Assembly (NCBI GenBank): GCA_963668175.1
Contig: OY764159.1
Span: forward strand, 864,001 to 928,000
Direction: 5' to 3'
From: Syntrophales bacterium
GTDB taxonomy: Bacteria > Desulfobacterota > Syntrophia > Syntrophales > PHBD01
Length of the DNA: 64,000 bases
The notes under the pieces were generated by a model that saw nothing but the letters and a program-made list of their open reading frames with translations, was not told where the DNA came from and ran no database searches. Made by a program: the position numbers and the translations under genes. Below are positions 9,636 to 19,306 of the stretch, piece after piece. Each line of letters begins with the position of its first letter. Position 1 is the stretch's first letter.

Positions 9636-11201
9636 GTGGGGGGCTTGTTAGTGAACATCATATTGGTTTTCATTGCGTTATTGGCCGGCCTGGGCGTAGG
9701 GGTTCTTGTTGTCCGGGTCATATCCAAAAAGAAACTGGAATCGTCCGAAAGTCTGTCGGCGAGAATCGTTGATGAGGCAAAGAAGGAAGCCGACAACATT
9801 AAAAAAGAGTCCATCCTTCAAGCCAAAGAGAACCTTCTGAAGGCTAAAACGGAATTCGAAAAGGAATCGAAAGAGCGGAAACAGGATCTCGATAGTCTTG
9901 AAAAAAGGATACGATCCAAGGAAGAGAATCTCGACAAACGTTTGGACGGTCTTTCACAGAAAGAGAATCAAATCGAGGGGCGCGAAAAGAATCTGGTAAA
10001 CCGGGAAAATCAGCTTAATGAAAAACACGAAAAACTAAGGCGCCTTGTCGAAGAACAGCGGGAAAAATTGGAACGGATCGCGGGCATATCCTCCGAAGAG
10101 GCCAAGAATCAACTGATCCAGACCATGGAATCGGAGGCGAAACGGGAGGCGGCGGCGTCCATCAGGAAGATCGAGGAAGAGACGAAAAGACAGGCCGACA
10201 AAGCGGCCAAAGAAATCATCGCGTATGCCGTCCAGAGGTATGCAGGCGAATATGTTGGTGAAAACGCCGTTTCCGTTGTCAACCTGCCCAGCGACGAGAT
10301 GAAGGGACGGATCATCGGACGGGAGGGGAGAAACATCCGCGCCATTGAAGCCGCAACGGGTATCGATCTGATCGTCGACGATACGCCGGAAGCGGTCGTC
10401 CTGTCGAGCTTCGATCCCATAAGACGCGAAGTTGCCCGCCTGTCCCTGGAGAGGTTGATTTCCGACGGGCGGATTCATCCGGGCCGCATCGAAGATATCG
10501 TCAAGAAGGTCAGGGCGGAGGTGGACAATATCATCAGGGACACCGGCGAGAGGATTTCCTTTGACGTAGGTGTTCACGATCTGCATCCCGAAATCATCAA
10601 CCTTCTGGGCAGCCTGAAATACCGCACCAGCTTTTCCCAGAATGTCCTTCAGCATTCCATCGAAGTCGCCCATCTGACCGGGATGATGGCCGCTGAATTG
10701 AAAATGAATATTAAAGAGGCCAAACGGGCGGGGTTGCTCCACGATATCGGCAAGGCCATCGATCACAAAGTGGAAGGAACCCATGCCTCGATCGGGGCCG
10801 ACTACGCCCGGCGCTTCGGAGAGACGGCGCGCATTGTACAGGCCATCGCCACCCATCATGACGACGGCCGAAGCAATACGCTGCTGGGGGTCCTCGTACA
10901 AGCGGCGGATTCCCTCTCGGCGGCCCGTCCCGGGGCGAGGCGGGAAATGATGGAGAGTTACGTCAAACGCCTGGAAGAGTTGGAATCCATAGCGAATTCC
11001 TTCACGGGTGTCGATAAATGCTACGCGATCCAGGCGGGGAGGGAGATCCGAATCCTGGTGGAGAACGAAAAGATATCCGATAACGACGCCGTTATGCTCT
11101 GCCGGGACATCATCAAGAAGATCGAATCCGACTTGACCTATCCCGGACAGATTAAAGTCACCGTTATCCGGGAGACACGGGTTTCCGATTTTGCGAAATA
11201 G
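9636..11201 (+). CDS. rny: Ribonuclease Y
   Basis: N-terminal TM segment, coiled coil, KH domain ([13 protein letters not shown]) and HD domain (LLHDIGK); exact start uncertain. Confidence 0.97.
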   Translation: MGGLLVNIILVFIALLAGLGVGVLVVRVISKKKLESSESLSARIVDEAKKEADNIKKESILQAKENLLKAKTEFEKESKERKQDLDSLEKRIRSKEENLDKRLDGLSQKENQIEGREKNLVNRENQLNEKHEKLRRLVEEQREKLERIAGISSEEAKNQLIQTMESEAKREAAASIRKIEEETKRQADKAAKEIIAYAVQRYAGEYVGENAVSVVNLPSDEMKGRIIGREGRNIRAIEAATGIDLIVDDTPEAVVLSSFDPIRREVARLSLERLISDGRIHPGRIEDIVKKVRAEVDNIIRDTGERISFDVGVHDLHPEIINLLGSLKYRTSFSQNVLQHSIEVAHLTGMMAAELKMNIKEAKRAGLLHDIGKAIDHKVEGTHASIGADYARRFGETARIVQAIATHHDDGRSNTLLGVLVQAADSLSAARPGARREMMESYVKRLEELESIANSFTGVDKCYAIQAGREIRILVENEKISDNDAVMLCRDIIKKIESDLTYPGQIKVTVIRETRVSDFAK

Positions 11202-11210
11202 GGTCCGTGC

Positions 11211-11996
11211 ATGAAAGTTCTGTTTATCGGCGATGTGGTGGGTAAACCGGGAAGACGGGCCGTCCGGGAGCTTTTGCCGCGGATCGTCAACGACCGGGAG
11301 ATCGATTTCGTCGTCGCCAACTGCGAAAATGCCGCCTCCGGTTTCGGCGTCACCAGGGAAATCGTCGAAGAGCTCTTCGAAGACCGCATCGACGTTCTGA
11401 CCTCCGGCAACCATATCTGGGACAAGAAGGAGGTTCTGGATTATATTGAGGAGTATGAGGCGCTGTTGCGGCCGGCCAACTACCCTCCGGAAGTTCCCGG
11501 TCACGGCAGCATCGTTATGCCCCACCCTTCGGGGGCATATGTGGGCGTGATCAATCTTATGGGCAGGGTGTTCATGCAGCCGTTGGAGTGCCCCTTCCGG
11601 AAGGCGAGCGAAGAGATCGAGAGGCTGCGTAAAAAGACGAATATCATCATCGTCGATATCCATGCCGAAGCTACGTCGGAAAAGATCGCCCTGGGATGGC
11701 ACCTGGACGGCCGGGTTAGTGCCGTCCTCGGGACGCATACGCACGTCCAGACGGCCGATGATAGAATATTGCCCTGCGGAACGGCCTATCTCACGGATGC
11801 CGGCATGACGGGCGCCTTCGATTCGGTCATCGGGATCAAGAAAGACCTGATATTGGACCGCTTCATGAGCCAGTTGCCCAACAAGTTTGAAGTGGCCAAG
11901 GGCGATGTCCGCCTGCAAGGGGTTATTCTCGAGATTGATGAGGCATCCGGCAAGAGTCTCGGTATCGAAAGGCTGAGCGTCAAACTGGATCCTTAA
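11211..11996 (+). CDS. ymdB: YmdB-like (TIGR00282) metallophosphoesterase
   Basis: FIGDVVG, NCENA, TSGNH, RPAN, HAEATSEK and GTHTHV motifs; conserved position after rny. Confidence 0.93.
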   Translation: MKVLFIGDVVGKPGRRAVRELLPRIVNDREIDFVVANCENAASGFGVTREIVEELFEDRIDVLTSGNHIWDKKEVLDYIEEYEALLRPANYPPEVPGHGSIVMPHPSGAYVGVINLMGRVFMQPLECPFRKASEEIERLRKKTNIIIVDIHAEATSEKIALGWHLDGRVSAVLGTHTHVQTADDRILPCGTAYLTDAGMTGAFDSVIGIKKDLILDRFMSQLPNKFEVAKGDVRLQGVILEIDEASGKSLGIERLSVKLDP

Positions 11997-12010
11997 GAAG
12001 GAGGCCTTAG

Positions 12011-13294
12011 TTGAAAAGCGTTTTTGATGTTTTTACCGAGCGGGGATTCGTCGAACAGGTCACGGACGAAGTCCAGATAAGACAAACCCTCGCCGACGAT
12101 CATATCACCTGCTATATCGGTTTCGATCCGACGGCGACCAGCCTGCATATCGGCAGCCTGGTCCCGATCATGGCGCTGGTCCATATGCAGAAACACGGTC
12201 ACCGGCCGATCGTCCTGATCGGCGGCGGGACGGGATTGATCGGCGATCCCAGCGGCAAGACGGAGATGAGGCAGATCCTCACCCGGGAAAAAATCAATCA
12301 TAATGCTTCATGCATGCAGAAGCAGTTGTCCCGGTATCTCGATTTCAGCGACGGCAAGGCCGTCATGCTGAATAACGCCGATTGGCTGACGGCCCTCAAT
12401 TATATCGAATTCCTGAGGGATATCGGCCGCCACTTCAGCGTCAACAAGATGCTCGCTGCAGAAAGCTACCGCATCCGCCTGGAGAAGGGACTCAATTTTA
12501 TCGAATTCAACTACATGCTTCTTCAGGCGTATGATTTTCTCTATCTGTTCCAGCATCACGGCTGCACGATGCAGATGGGCGGAAACGACCAATGGGGAAA
12601 TATGCTGGCCGGGGTCGATCTGATCCGGCGTATGGAGGCGAAGCTGGCCCACAGCGTGACCTTCCCTTTGATGACGACGGCCCAGGGGCACAAGATGGGT
12701 AAAACGGAGAAAGGGACTGTGTGGCTCGACGCAACCCTGACTTCCCCGTACGAATATTACCAGTACTGGATAAACGCGGACGATGCCGACGTGGAGCGCT
12801 TTCTGGCTCTCTTCACGATGCTGCCCATGGAAGAGGTGCGGCAGGTCAGAGATCTATCCGATGCGAGGCTGAACATGGCCAAGGCCGTGCTCGCCTTCGA
12901 AGCGACGAAAATTACGCACGGCGAGGAAGCAGCCGTGGCTGCCTGGAAGGCGGCCGCCGCCGCTTTCCGTGCGAAACCCGTCGAGTCCTCCCTGTTCCCG
13001 TCGAGCACGATTCCGAGAACGGACCAGGCAGAAGACGTATCGGCCATTCCGGCCATTGAAAAAACGCTTGCCGCCCTTAAGGCAGGCGTCCCGGCCTTTG
13101 AGCTTTTCTACGAGGCGGGATTGTGCGCGTCGAAGGGCGAAGCCCGGCGGCTTCTCTCCCAGGGGGGCGGCTATGTCAACGACGGCCAGGTCGGAACATT
13201 CGACGAGAGGATCGGGGAAGGGCATATCCGCCCGCAGGGAGATATTTTGTTGAGAAAGGGGAAGAAGACGTACGCCCTTGTTCATGTCCGCTGA
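12011..13294 (+). CDS. tyrS: Tyrosine--tRNA ligase
   Basis: YIGFDPTA.SLHIGS, GG.DQWGN and KMGKT motifs, with a C-terminal S4-like domain. Confidence 0.97.
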   Translation: MKSVFDVFTERGFVEQVTDEVQIRQTLADDHITCYIGFDPTATSLHIGSLVPIMALVHMQKHGHRPIVLIGGGTGLIGDPSGKTEMRQILTREKINHNASCMQKQLSRYLDFSDGKAVMLNNADWLTALNYIEFLRDIGRHFSVNKMLAAESYRIRLEKGLNFIEFNYMLLQAYDFLYLFQHHGCTMQMGGNDQWGNMLAGVDLIRRMEAKLAHSVTFPLMTTAQGHKMGKTEKGTVWLDATLTSPYEYYQYWINADDADVERFLALFTMLPMEEVRQVRDLSDARLNMAKAVLAFEATKITHGEEAAVAAWKAAAAAFRAKPVESSLFPSSTIPRTDQAEDVSAIPAIEKTLAALKAGVPAFELFYEAGLCASKGEARRLLSQGGGYVNDGQVGTFDERIGEGHIRPQGDILLRKGKKTYALVHVR

Positions 13295-13391
13295 TAATGG
13301 CTCTGTATATAAGCGTCCGCCGGACGTTGCGTTCGATGCGGCGGCGAACATTTGAAAATCGGCATGTGCCGATGCCGACAGGGTTTCTCTT

Positions 13392-14717
13392 ATGGCCGAG
13401 GTCAGAATATTAGTCATTGACGATGACGCCGTCGCCTGTGAGTTCCTCCAGGAGGCGCTGTCGCGGGAAGGGTATCGGATAGATACCTTTATATCGGCGA
13501 AGTCGGCCCTTGAGGAGGATCTCTCACGGTACGACGTCCTGATGTCCGATATCCGGATGCCGGATATCGACGGTCTCCAGTTTCTGCAGATCGTCAGGAC
13601 CAAATGGCCGCAGCTGCCCGTTATCCTCATGACCGCATACGGGTCCCTGGAAACGACCATGGAAGCGCTGAGCCTGGGGGCCTGGGATTATATCAGTAAA
13701 CCATTCTCTCCCGATGCTGTCCGGGCTTTGGTGCAAAAAGTACTTGAAGTTCGCGAACTTCACCAGAAGCGGCTGCGCGGTCAACCGAAGACGGACGCCC
13801 CGTCCCATTTTATCGGGTCGTCGGCAAAAATGGTCGACTTTTATAAGCAGGTTGCCCGCGTCGCCGATTCGTCGGCCAGCGTTTTGATCGAAGGAGAAAG
13901 CGGGACGGGCAAGGAACTGACGGCGCGTTCCCTCCACCAACTCAGCTCGCGGTGCGACAAACCCTATCTGGTCGTGCATTGCGGCGCCATACCGGATACC
14001 CTCCTGGAATCGGAACTTTTCGGATACGAGAAAGGCGCCTTTACCGGCGCGGACAAGTCCCATGCGGGGCTTCTGGAAACGGCGCAGGACGGGACGATTT
14101 TTCTCGACGAGATCACCGAAATGTCTACCTCGCTTCAGGGTAAACTCCTGCGTTTTATGCAAAACGGGGAAGTGAGGAGACTCGGAGGGCATGACATCAA
14201 ACACGTGGCCGTCCGCGTCGTCGCCGCCGGCAACCGCATCATCGACGACGAAGTCAAGAACGGCAGATTCCGTGCCGATCTCCTGTATCGCTTCATCGTC
14301 CGCCTCCGCATACCGTCCCTCAGGGAACACAAGGAAGACCTCCCCCAGCTTACGGAATCCATCCTGAAGAAGCTGGGTTATTCCTCCGTGCGCATCTCCG
14401 ACGAGGCGATGGAACTTTTCATGGCCTACGACTGGCCGGGGAATGTCCGGGAATTGGAGAATATCCTGCAGCAGACATTGCTGATGTCGCCTTTTGCCGT
14501 GGTCCTGCCCGAGAATCTTCCTTCCCGGTTCATGCCGAAGGAGGAGGAGCCGTTGTCCATTTCGCCTCTTGAGTGCGCGGAGCGCGACCAGATCCTTCAG
14601 ACCCTGAAGGTGACATCATGGAACCAAAGCCGGACGGCCCAGTTGCTGGGGATCGACCGGAAAACCCTCCGCAGCAAGATTCAACGCTACGGTCTGCAGA
14701 AGATAGAGGGCTTATAG
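13392..14717 (+). CDS. Sigma54-dependent response regulator (NtrC/AtoC/ZraR family)
   Basis: REC domain (DDD, D-I-RMP), GESGTGKE, ESELFG..GAFTGA, FLDEI, WPGNVREL and a Fis-type HTH. Confidence 0.96.
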   Translation: MAEVRILVIDDDAVACEFLQEALSREGYRIDTFISAKSALEEDLSRYDVLMSDIRMPDIDGLQFLQIVRTKWPQLPVILMTAYGSLETTMEALSLGAWDYISKPFSPDAVRALVQKVLEVRELHQKRLRGQPKTDAPSHFIGSSAKMVDFYKQVARVADSSASVLIEGESGTGKELTARSLHQLSSRCDKPYLVVHCGAIPDTLLESELFGYEKGAFTGADKSHAGLLETAQDGTIFLDEITEMSTSLQGKLLRFMQNGEVRRLGGHDIKHVAVRVVAAGNRIIDDEVKNGRFRADLLYRFIVRLRIPSLREHKEDLPQLTESILKKLGYSSVRISDEAMELFMAYDWPGNVRELENILQQTLLMSPFAVVLPENLPSRFMPKEEEPLSISPLECAERDQILQTLKVTSWNQSRTAQLLGIDRKTLRSKIQRYGLQKIEGL

Positions 14718-14749
14718 GCCTTTTCCGTCACCGCTCAAGCGAAGCCGGA

Positions 14750-16261
14750 TCAAAGCTGAGCGTTCACAGGCGTTGGATCGACGATGGGGAAGTAGAGTGT
14801 GACGTCGGTCCCGCCGCCATCACCGCTTCTGATCTCGAAATGTCCGCCGTGGACCTTGACGATATCCTGAACAATCGCCAACCCCAATCCCCGCATGCCT
14901 TCTTCTTTATGCGTACTGAAGAAGGGTTCCCGCACCTTATCCAATAGTTCCTGAGGAATGCCCGGACCGTTATCGCTCACCGTGATGGCGACCATGCGGC
15001 TGTCCTGCTTCAGGCCGGCGGCGACCGTAATTCTCCCTCCGTCAGGCAGGACTTCCTGGGCGTTTTGGATCAGGTTGAAAAGGGCCGTCTGGACCCGGTA
15101 CCTGTCCACATAGAGAACGGGGATATCGTTGCCGGCTTTGACGGCGATATGGATGGCCGATTTCTGCATCAGAGGCTCCACCAGGGTCAGCGTTTCCTGC
15201 AGGAGATTTTCCACGGAGATCGCCTCAAAGTGGGGTTCAGGCGGCCGTGTGGCGCGGCGCACGTTCTGAATGACCGTATGCAGACGCTGCGCCTGCTGGA
15301 CGATCAGTTCCAGCTTGCGGCGAACGTCGGCCGGCCAGTTATCACGCTCCAGGAGTAATTGCGCCATGCCCGATATGGAGTGGAGAGGCGTCCCCATATC
15401 ATGGGCGAAGGTCGCGGTGAGATAACCGAGAGCGGTCAACTGTTGGAGCTGATTGACCTGGTTCTGCAGTTGAACGACCCGGTGCGTCGCTTCGTTGACC
15501 TTCTCCTGCAACTGGCCGGTCAGTTCCTCGTTTTTCGCCAGGACCTGTTCAATTTCGTCCGCCATCAGGTTGAAGTGATCGGCCAAATGACCCCATTCGT
15601 CTCTGCGGGACAGGGGGATGCGTTTGACCCGCTGTTTGGTTTGGGAAGCGTCGATGGTTTCAATGATAATGCTTAAGGGGCGTCCGATGATCCATCTGTA
15701 GCTTAAGGCCAGGACGGCCACGATCGCCAGAAGCAGGCCGGCGCTGCTGATCATCAGAAGAAAGCGGGCGCTCGCAAGGATCTCGACCCGCGATTGGGAG
15801 AAGGAAATGACGCCGATGACGACTTGCGTGTCCCCTCTTTCCGACGGAAACGGATAAAGAATACCCAACGCCGGCCCCTTGTCGGTGTTAAGGCGCGTAT
15901 AGGCGGGCGCACCCTTGTTGGATGTAGCCAGGACGAGATTCTCAGGCCAGTCGTACTGGAGGCGGCTGGCGCCGGCTATATAATCTGCGTCGTTCTTTTC
16001 AATGGCGAATATGTCGATACGGGCCAACCGTATATCGGACTGGACCATATCTTTCAAGGTGGAATCCAGGGCTGAAAGTCCCTGGCCCGTGGGGAAATGC
16101 TGATAATAGGTGTTGGCTGTTTCCGCCATGTCATACAGACGCTTGATCTGCTGCTCCGTGAGGATTCTATCGAGCGCCTTGAGCTGAATCCATCCCCATA
16201 TGGCCATGGTCAGGGCTAATCCCAGGATCGTCACAATCAATAAGCGGCTGCGGACGGTCAT
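14750..16261 (-). CDS. HAMP-domain sensor histidine kinase
   Basis: Two TM segments around a periplasmic domain, HAMP (RRDEWG.LA..FN.M), H-box AHDMGTPL, N-box, DNGPGI and GLGLAIV. Confidence 0.94.
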   Translation of the reverse strand: MTVRSRLLIVTILGLALTMAIWGWIQLKALDRILTEQQIKRLYDMAETANTYYQHFPTGQGLSALDSTLKDMVQSDIRLARIDIFAIEKNDADYIAGASRLQYDWPENLVLATSNKGAPAYTRLNTDKGPALGILYPFPSERGDTQVVIGVISFSQSRVEILASARFLLMISSAGLLLAIVAVLALSYRWIIGRPLSIIIETIDASQTKQRVKRIPLSRRDEWGHLADHFNLMADEIEQVLAKNEELTGQLQEKVNEATHRVVQLQNQVNQLQQLTALGYLTATFAHDMGTPLHSISGMAQLLLERDNWPADVRRKLELIVQQAQRLHTVIQNVRRATRPPEPHFEAISVENLLQETLTLVEPLMQKSAIHIAVKAGNDIPVLYVDRYRVQTALFNLIQNAQEVLPDGGRITVAAGLKQDSRMVAITVSDNGPGIPQELLDKVREPFFSTHKEEGMRGLGLAIVQDIVKVHGGHFEIRSGDGGGTDVTLYFPIVDPTPVNAQL

Positions 16262-16419
16262 GATGCTCCCTTAAGGGTTGCTGTGATTTAATGTCTGTCG
16301 AGTGCCCAACATACAGGGATGGTTTTTAAAAATCAAGAATATAGGATATCTGAAGGGCAGCAGACCTTATTCGATGTGTATAGGGAAGAGAAGGCCGCCT
16401 TAGGCAAGGTACGGCATCC

Positions 16420-16456
16420 AAAAAAACAAGGCACGGGAAATTTCCCCGTGCCTTGT
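16420..16456 (-). terminator. Intrinsic terminator after the Lys/Ala-rich gene
   Basis: 12-bp perfect stem ACAAGGCACGGG/CCCGTGCCTTGT followed by a T-run on the minus strand. Confidence 0.8.
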
Positions 16457-16487
16457 GTTGAAGATAAACTCCACCTTGTCAAGAGTG

Positions 16488-16712
16488 TTATTTTGCGGGT
16501 TTCTCGGCGGGAGCAGCGTCTTCCTTCTTCTCTTTCTTTGCCTTCTTGGCTTTCTTTGCCTTCTTGGCCTTCTTCTCTTCCTTCGCGGGGGCTTTCTCCT
16601 CTGCCTTCGCGGGCTCTTTGGCCGGGGCTGCCGCTGCGGGTTTATCCGCTGCCATGACGGACGAGCACATCAAGAACACAAAACCAATTACCAGCACCAT
16701 TAAACGTTTCAT
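16488..16712 (-). CDS. Small exported Lys/Ala/Glu-rich low-complexity protein
   Basis: Sec signal MKRLMVLVIGFVFLMCSSVMA, then PAK/AKK repeats; GGAGG RBS; followed by a terminator. Confidence 0.82.
   Translation of the reverse strand: MKRLMVLVIGFVFLMCSSVMAADKPAAAAPAKEPAKAEEKAPAKEEKKAKKAKKAKKAKKEKKEDAAPAEKPAK
16533..16568. repeat. Exact 18-bp tandem duplication (encodes AKKAKK twice)
   Basis: TTTCTTTGCCTTCTTGGC repeated twice. Confidence 0.85.
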
Positions 16713-16792
16713 TCTAACTTCCTCCTTCTTAATAGTTTTTATTTTCCCGGCTGTTCGTTGCGAACGCCGGTACATCTCCTGTCAATCTTCTG

Positions 16793-17215
16793 CTACTTTA
16801 CGGATGTCCCGGCCGGAGCAGCTTTGATCGCAGCCGCCTTGTCCGGTTTTCCTTCCTGTTTCTTCTTGGAAACATTGTTGACCCGGGTTGCGATAAAGCT
16901 GTCATCCTTCTTGATGTAGGTGACGTAAACCCTGTCACCGACATTAACCTGAACGGGTTTTTCCAACTGGAAGACCATCACCTCGGTAATAGGGTCCTTC
17001 CGTTTGACCGACCGTTCAATTTTCAACACGGTGTCCGTCACCTCGACGACCTTGCCGTTGGCTATCATCCTGGTAATCTTGGACGACGTCGCCTTCGGCT
17101 GAGAGGTTTTGACCGCTTCCGCCTTGTCCGTGCTGATGGATACGGCTTCTCCTGCGAAAAAGATCGCACAACATATAAAGAGCAACCAAATGATCGGATT
17201 CATTAAGCGTCGCAT
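16793..17215 (-). CDS. Exported hypothetical protein, probable small beta-barrel (OB-like) domain
   Basis: Signal peptide, then GKVVEV..LKIE..VGDRVYVTY..ATRV pattern; AAGGGA RBS. Confidence 0.72.
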   Translation of the reverse strand: MRRLMNPIIWLLFICCAIFFAGEAVSISTDKAEAVKTSQPKATSSKITRMIANGKVVEVTDTVLKIERSVKRKDPITEVMVFQLEKPVQVNVGDRVYVTYIKKDDSFIATRVNNVSKKKQEGKPDKAAAIKAAPAGTSVK

Positions 17216-17246
17216 TTCAATCCCTTGATCTTTCGTGATTAGGCTT

Positions 17247-17262
17247 TGCAACGGTTATGCCA
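17247..17262 (-). promoter_or_regulatory. Sigma54 (-24/-12) promoter
   Basis: Minus strand reads TGGCAT-AACCG-TTGCA, matching TGGCAC-N5-TTGCW, about 30 bp before the 17215 start. Confidence 0.85.
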
Positions 17263-17356
17263 TGCTACAAAAAAGTTTTATATTGTGTAAGATATTGTTA
17301 TTTAGGCATTATTTGTGTGTGTCGTTTTTCGTTTCGGCCCGTGAGTCGCAACCGAC

Positions 17357-17393
17357 GGTGATTTAATCCCCATACGGTGGGGAATAATTCACC
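17357..17393. promoter_or_regulatory. Paired upstream activator sequences for a sigma54 enhancer-binding protein
   Basis: GGTGATTTAATCCCC (17357-17371) and GGGGAATAATTCACC (17379-17393) are near-identical inverted pseudo-palindromes whose centres are 22 bp apart. Confidence 0.65.
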
Positions 17394-17549
17394 ATATGTG
17401 CTTACAAAAGTCATGCTTCGAGCAGCGGTGCGTATGACATGCGGTAAAGGGAATTCGCTTGATTTGATTCCGCCTTGTAAGGTAGATTACAGGATAAGAA
17501 GTTAATGGGCTGTATAATTCAGAAATTCTGCATAGATAAGGATTCCAAA

Positions 17550-18137
17550 GTGAACAAGTCGTTTGATCGTGATCTATACGTCATTTCGGATGATGCGGAC
17601 GTTTTGATCAAGGCGGTGCGAGATGGTGCCGGTATCATCCAGTTGCGGGACAAGTCGGGCAGCAGGGAGACGATTATCGGGAAAGTGAAAGCCGTCATGC
17701 AGTTGAAACACGATAGGCCGTTTAAGTTCATCCTGAACGACGATCCGGCGCTGGCTTTCGAACTCGGTGCAGACGGGGTCCACGTCGGTCAGGACATGTC
17801 GACCCCGGAGACAAGGAATATCATCGGCCCATCCATGATTTTAGGAAAGACGACCCATAATGTCGCCCAGGGCCTGGAAGCCATCAGGGAGGGTGCCGAC
17901 TATATTTCCGTGGGGCCGGTGTATGCGACACCGACCAAACCGGGCCGGCCCGCCGTCGGGCTGGCCTATGTCCGGGAAGCCGTCAAGACGCTGGATATTC
18001 CTTTCGTGGCCATCGGCGGCATCGATCTTGACAATATCGACGATGTCCTGGCTGCCGGGGCCAAAACCATCGGCATTGTAAGGGCGGCTGGCGATGCGAC
18101 TATCATGCTGCAGAAGATCAGGAATAATAGAGCGTGA
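17550..18137 (+). CDS. thiE: Thiamine phosphate synthase
   Basis: IQLRDK, ILNDD, ADGVHVGQD, GPVYATPTK and VAIGGI motifs; start GTG 17550 or ATG 17505. Confidence 0.92.
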   Translation: MNKSFDRDLYVISDDADVLIKAVRDGAGIIQLRDKSGSRETIIGKVKAVMQLKHDRPFKFILNDDPALAFELGADGVHVGQDMSTPETRNIIGPSMILGKTTHNVAQGLEAIREGADYISVGPVYATPTKPGRPAVGLAYVREAVKTLDIPFVAIGGIDLDNIDDVLAAGAKTIGIVRAAGDATIMLQKIRNNRA

Positions 18138-18187
18138 TTCGGTTGACCAAAACGGAAAACGGCGGAAACTTTGTCAAGTCATAAGCG

Positions 18188-18517
18188 GTGGCCGATATGC
18201 GCTCGCCCTCTTCATCGCGCTACAGGAGAACGGGTTCGGTAACGATCTCCGATAAGGCCCGCGATTACCTGATGAAACACGGAAACGCCGTTCATATCTT
18301 CACCACGCGATCAGGTTTCAGCTGGGGCCGCGTCAATCTGGGGCCGTCGGTGCGCCGCGGCGTGCCGAAAAACGCCGTCGAATATGACATGGCCATCGTC
18401 AATCAGACCAAGCTTTATCTTCACAGAGATTTCGACACACCCTTCCCCCTCGTCGTCGACATCCACGAGATCTTGGGCTTAAGGATGCTCTATATCTCCG
18501 GCTGGAAACTGATTTAA
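18188..18517 (+). CDS. Hypothetical protein resembling the CC/Se-motif (HesB/IscA-like) family, with the motif replaced by Ser-Trp
   Basis: TISDKARDYL.KHG.AVHI..G..P.VR.GVP..Y..V..LYL..LG..LYISGW pattern recalled from the family; no Cys present. Confidence 0.55.
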   Translation: MADMRSPSSSRYRRTGSVTISDKARDYLMKHGNAVHIFTTRSGFSWGRVNLGPSVRRGVPKNAVEYDMAIVNQTKLYLHRDFDTPFPLVVDIHEILGLRMLYISGWKLI

Positions 18518-18536
18518 TCTGTAATAAAGGCTGATA

Positions 18537-19292
18537 TCAGGGCAGGTTCCAGGATGGACGCAGCCGTCCGTACTCCGGCTCCGGAAGCTGAATCAGTATC
18601 GGCTGCGATGAGGGATCGAGCCAGTGCAGCAACTCTTCCATGTCCTCGGCTGAAACGGCCGTGCAGCCGGATGTCCCTTCCGTTGGCGCAATCCAGATAT
18701 GAAGAAAAATGCAGGAACCTGACCCCGCTGCGACGGGGTTTGTATTGTGTCCGACGACGACCCCGAGTCGGTACTGGCCGTCTTCCCTCAGCATATCTTC
18801 GTGACTTTTCCAGTCCGCCGTAACCTCCGAGGAGGCGACTATTCTGTTGTAGTGGCTTGATTCGGCGTCGTCGATGCACTTGATGTCTGCGGTCAGCCGT
18901 CGATACGGGAGCTTTATCCAGTTGACCTCCTTCACGTCGGCGTAACCGAAAGACGCGCTCAACGAGAAAATACCGGCCGGAGCCTTGCCGTCGCCCTCCT
19001 TCTTCTGCGGTCCGGCGGGAGCCGGTTCAGGGTGAAGGCCTCGACCCCATCCGAGACCCGAACGGCCGACGACGGCTTTTGCGGGATTGCCGACCTGCTG
19101 CCAGGGGGAATGAATATCTTTACGTTCGTATCTTTGCAGCACTGCCGCAGATTCATCCCAGTTCAAGGTTGTGACGACAACAGCCTGGCGGGCTTCGGCA
19201 AGACCGGCCGCATCGCCTTTGGTTGCCAGACCCTGAAAGAACAAAACAGAGGCCACAGCCAACACGACATTGAAGACCGAGAATTCCGACAT
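18537..19292 (-). CDS. L,D-transpeptidase/carboxypeptidase (YkuD-like) family exported protein
   Basis: Signal peptide; KKEGDGKAPAG and GSCIFLHIW..TSGC (catalytic His/Cys). Confidence 0.85.
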   Translation of the reverse strand: MSEFSVFNVVLAVASVLFFQGLATKGDAAGLAEARQAVVVTTLNWDESAAVLQRYERKDIHSPWQQVGNPAKAVVGRSGLGWGRGLHPEPAPAGPQKKEGDGKAPAGIFSLSASFGYADVKEVNWIKLPYRRLTADIKCIDDAESSHYNRIVASSEVTADWKSHEDMLREDGQYRLGVVVGHNTNPVAAGSGSCIFLHIWIAPTEGTSGCTAVSAEDMEELLHWLDPSSQPILIQLPEPEYGRLRPSWNLP

Positions 19293-19306
19293 ATCCGATC
19301 CTCCCG

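Noticed and set aside
8640..9640. AT-rich zapB/zapA region as a horizontally acquired island
   Set aside because: It holds conserved core genes and 6S RNA in canonical order.
10035..11918. 627-aa antisense ORF over rny/ymdB
   Set aside because: Shadow frame of well-conserved genes in GC-rich DNA; no recognisable motifs.
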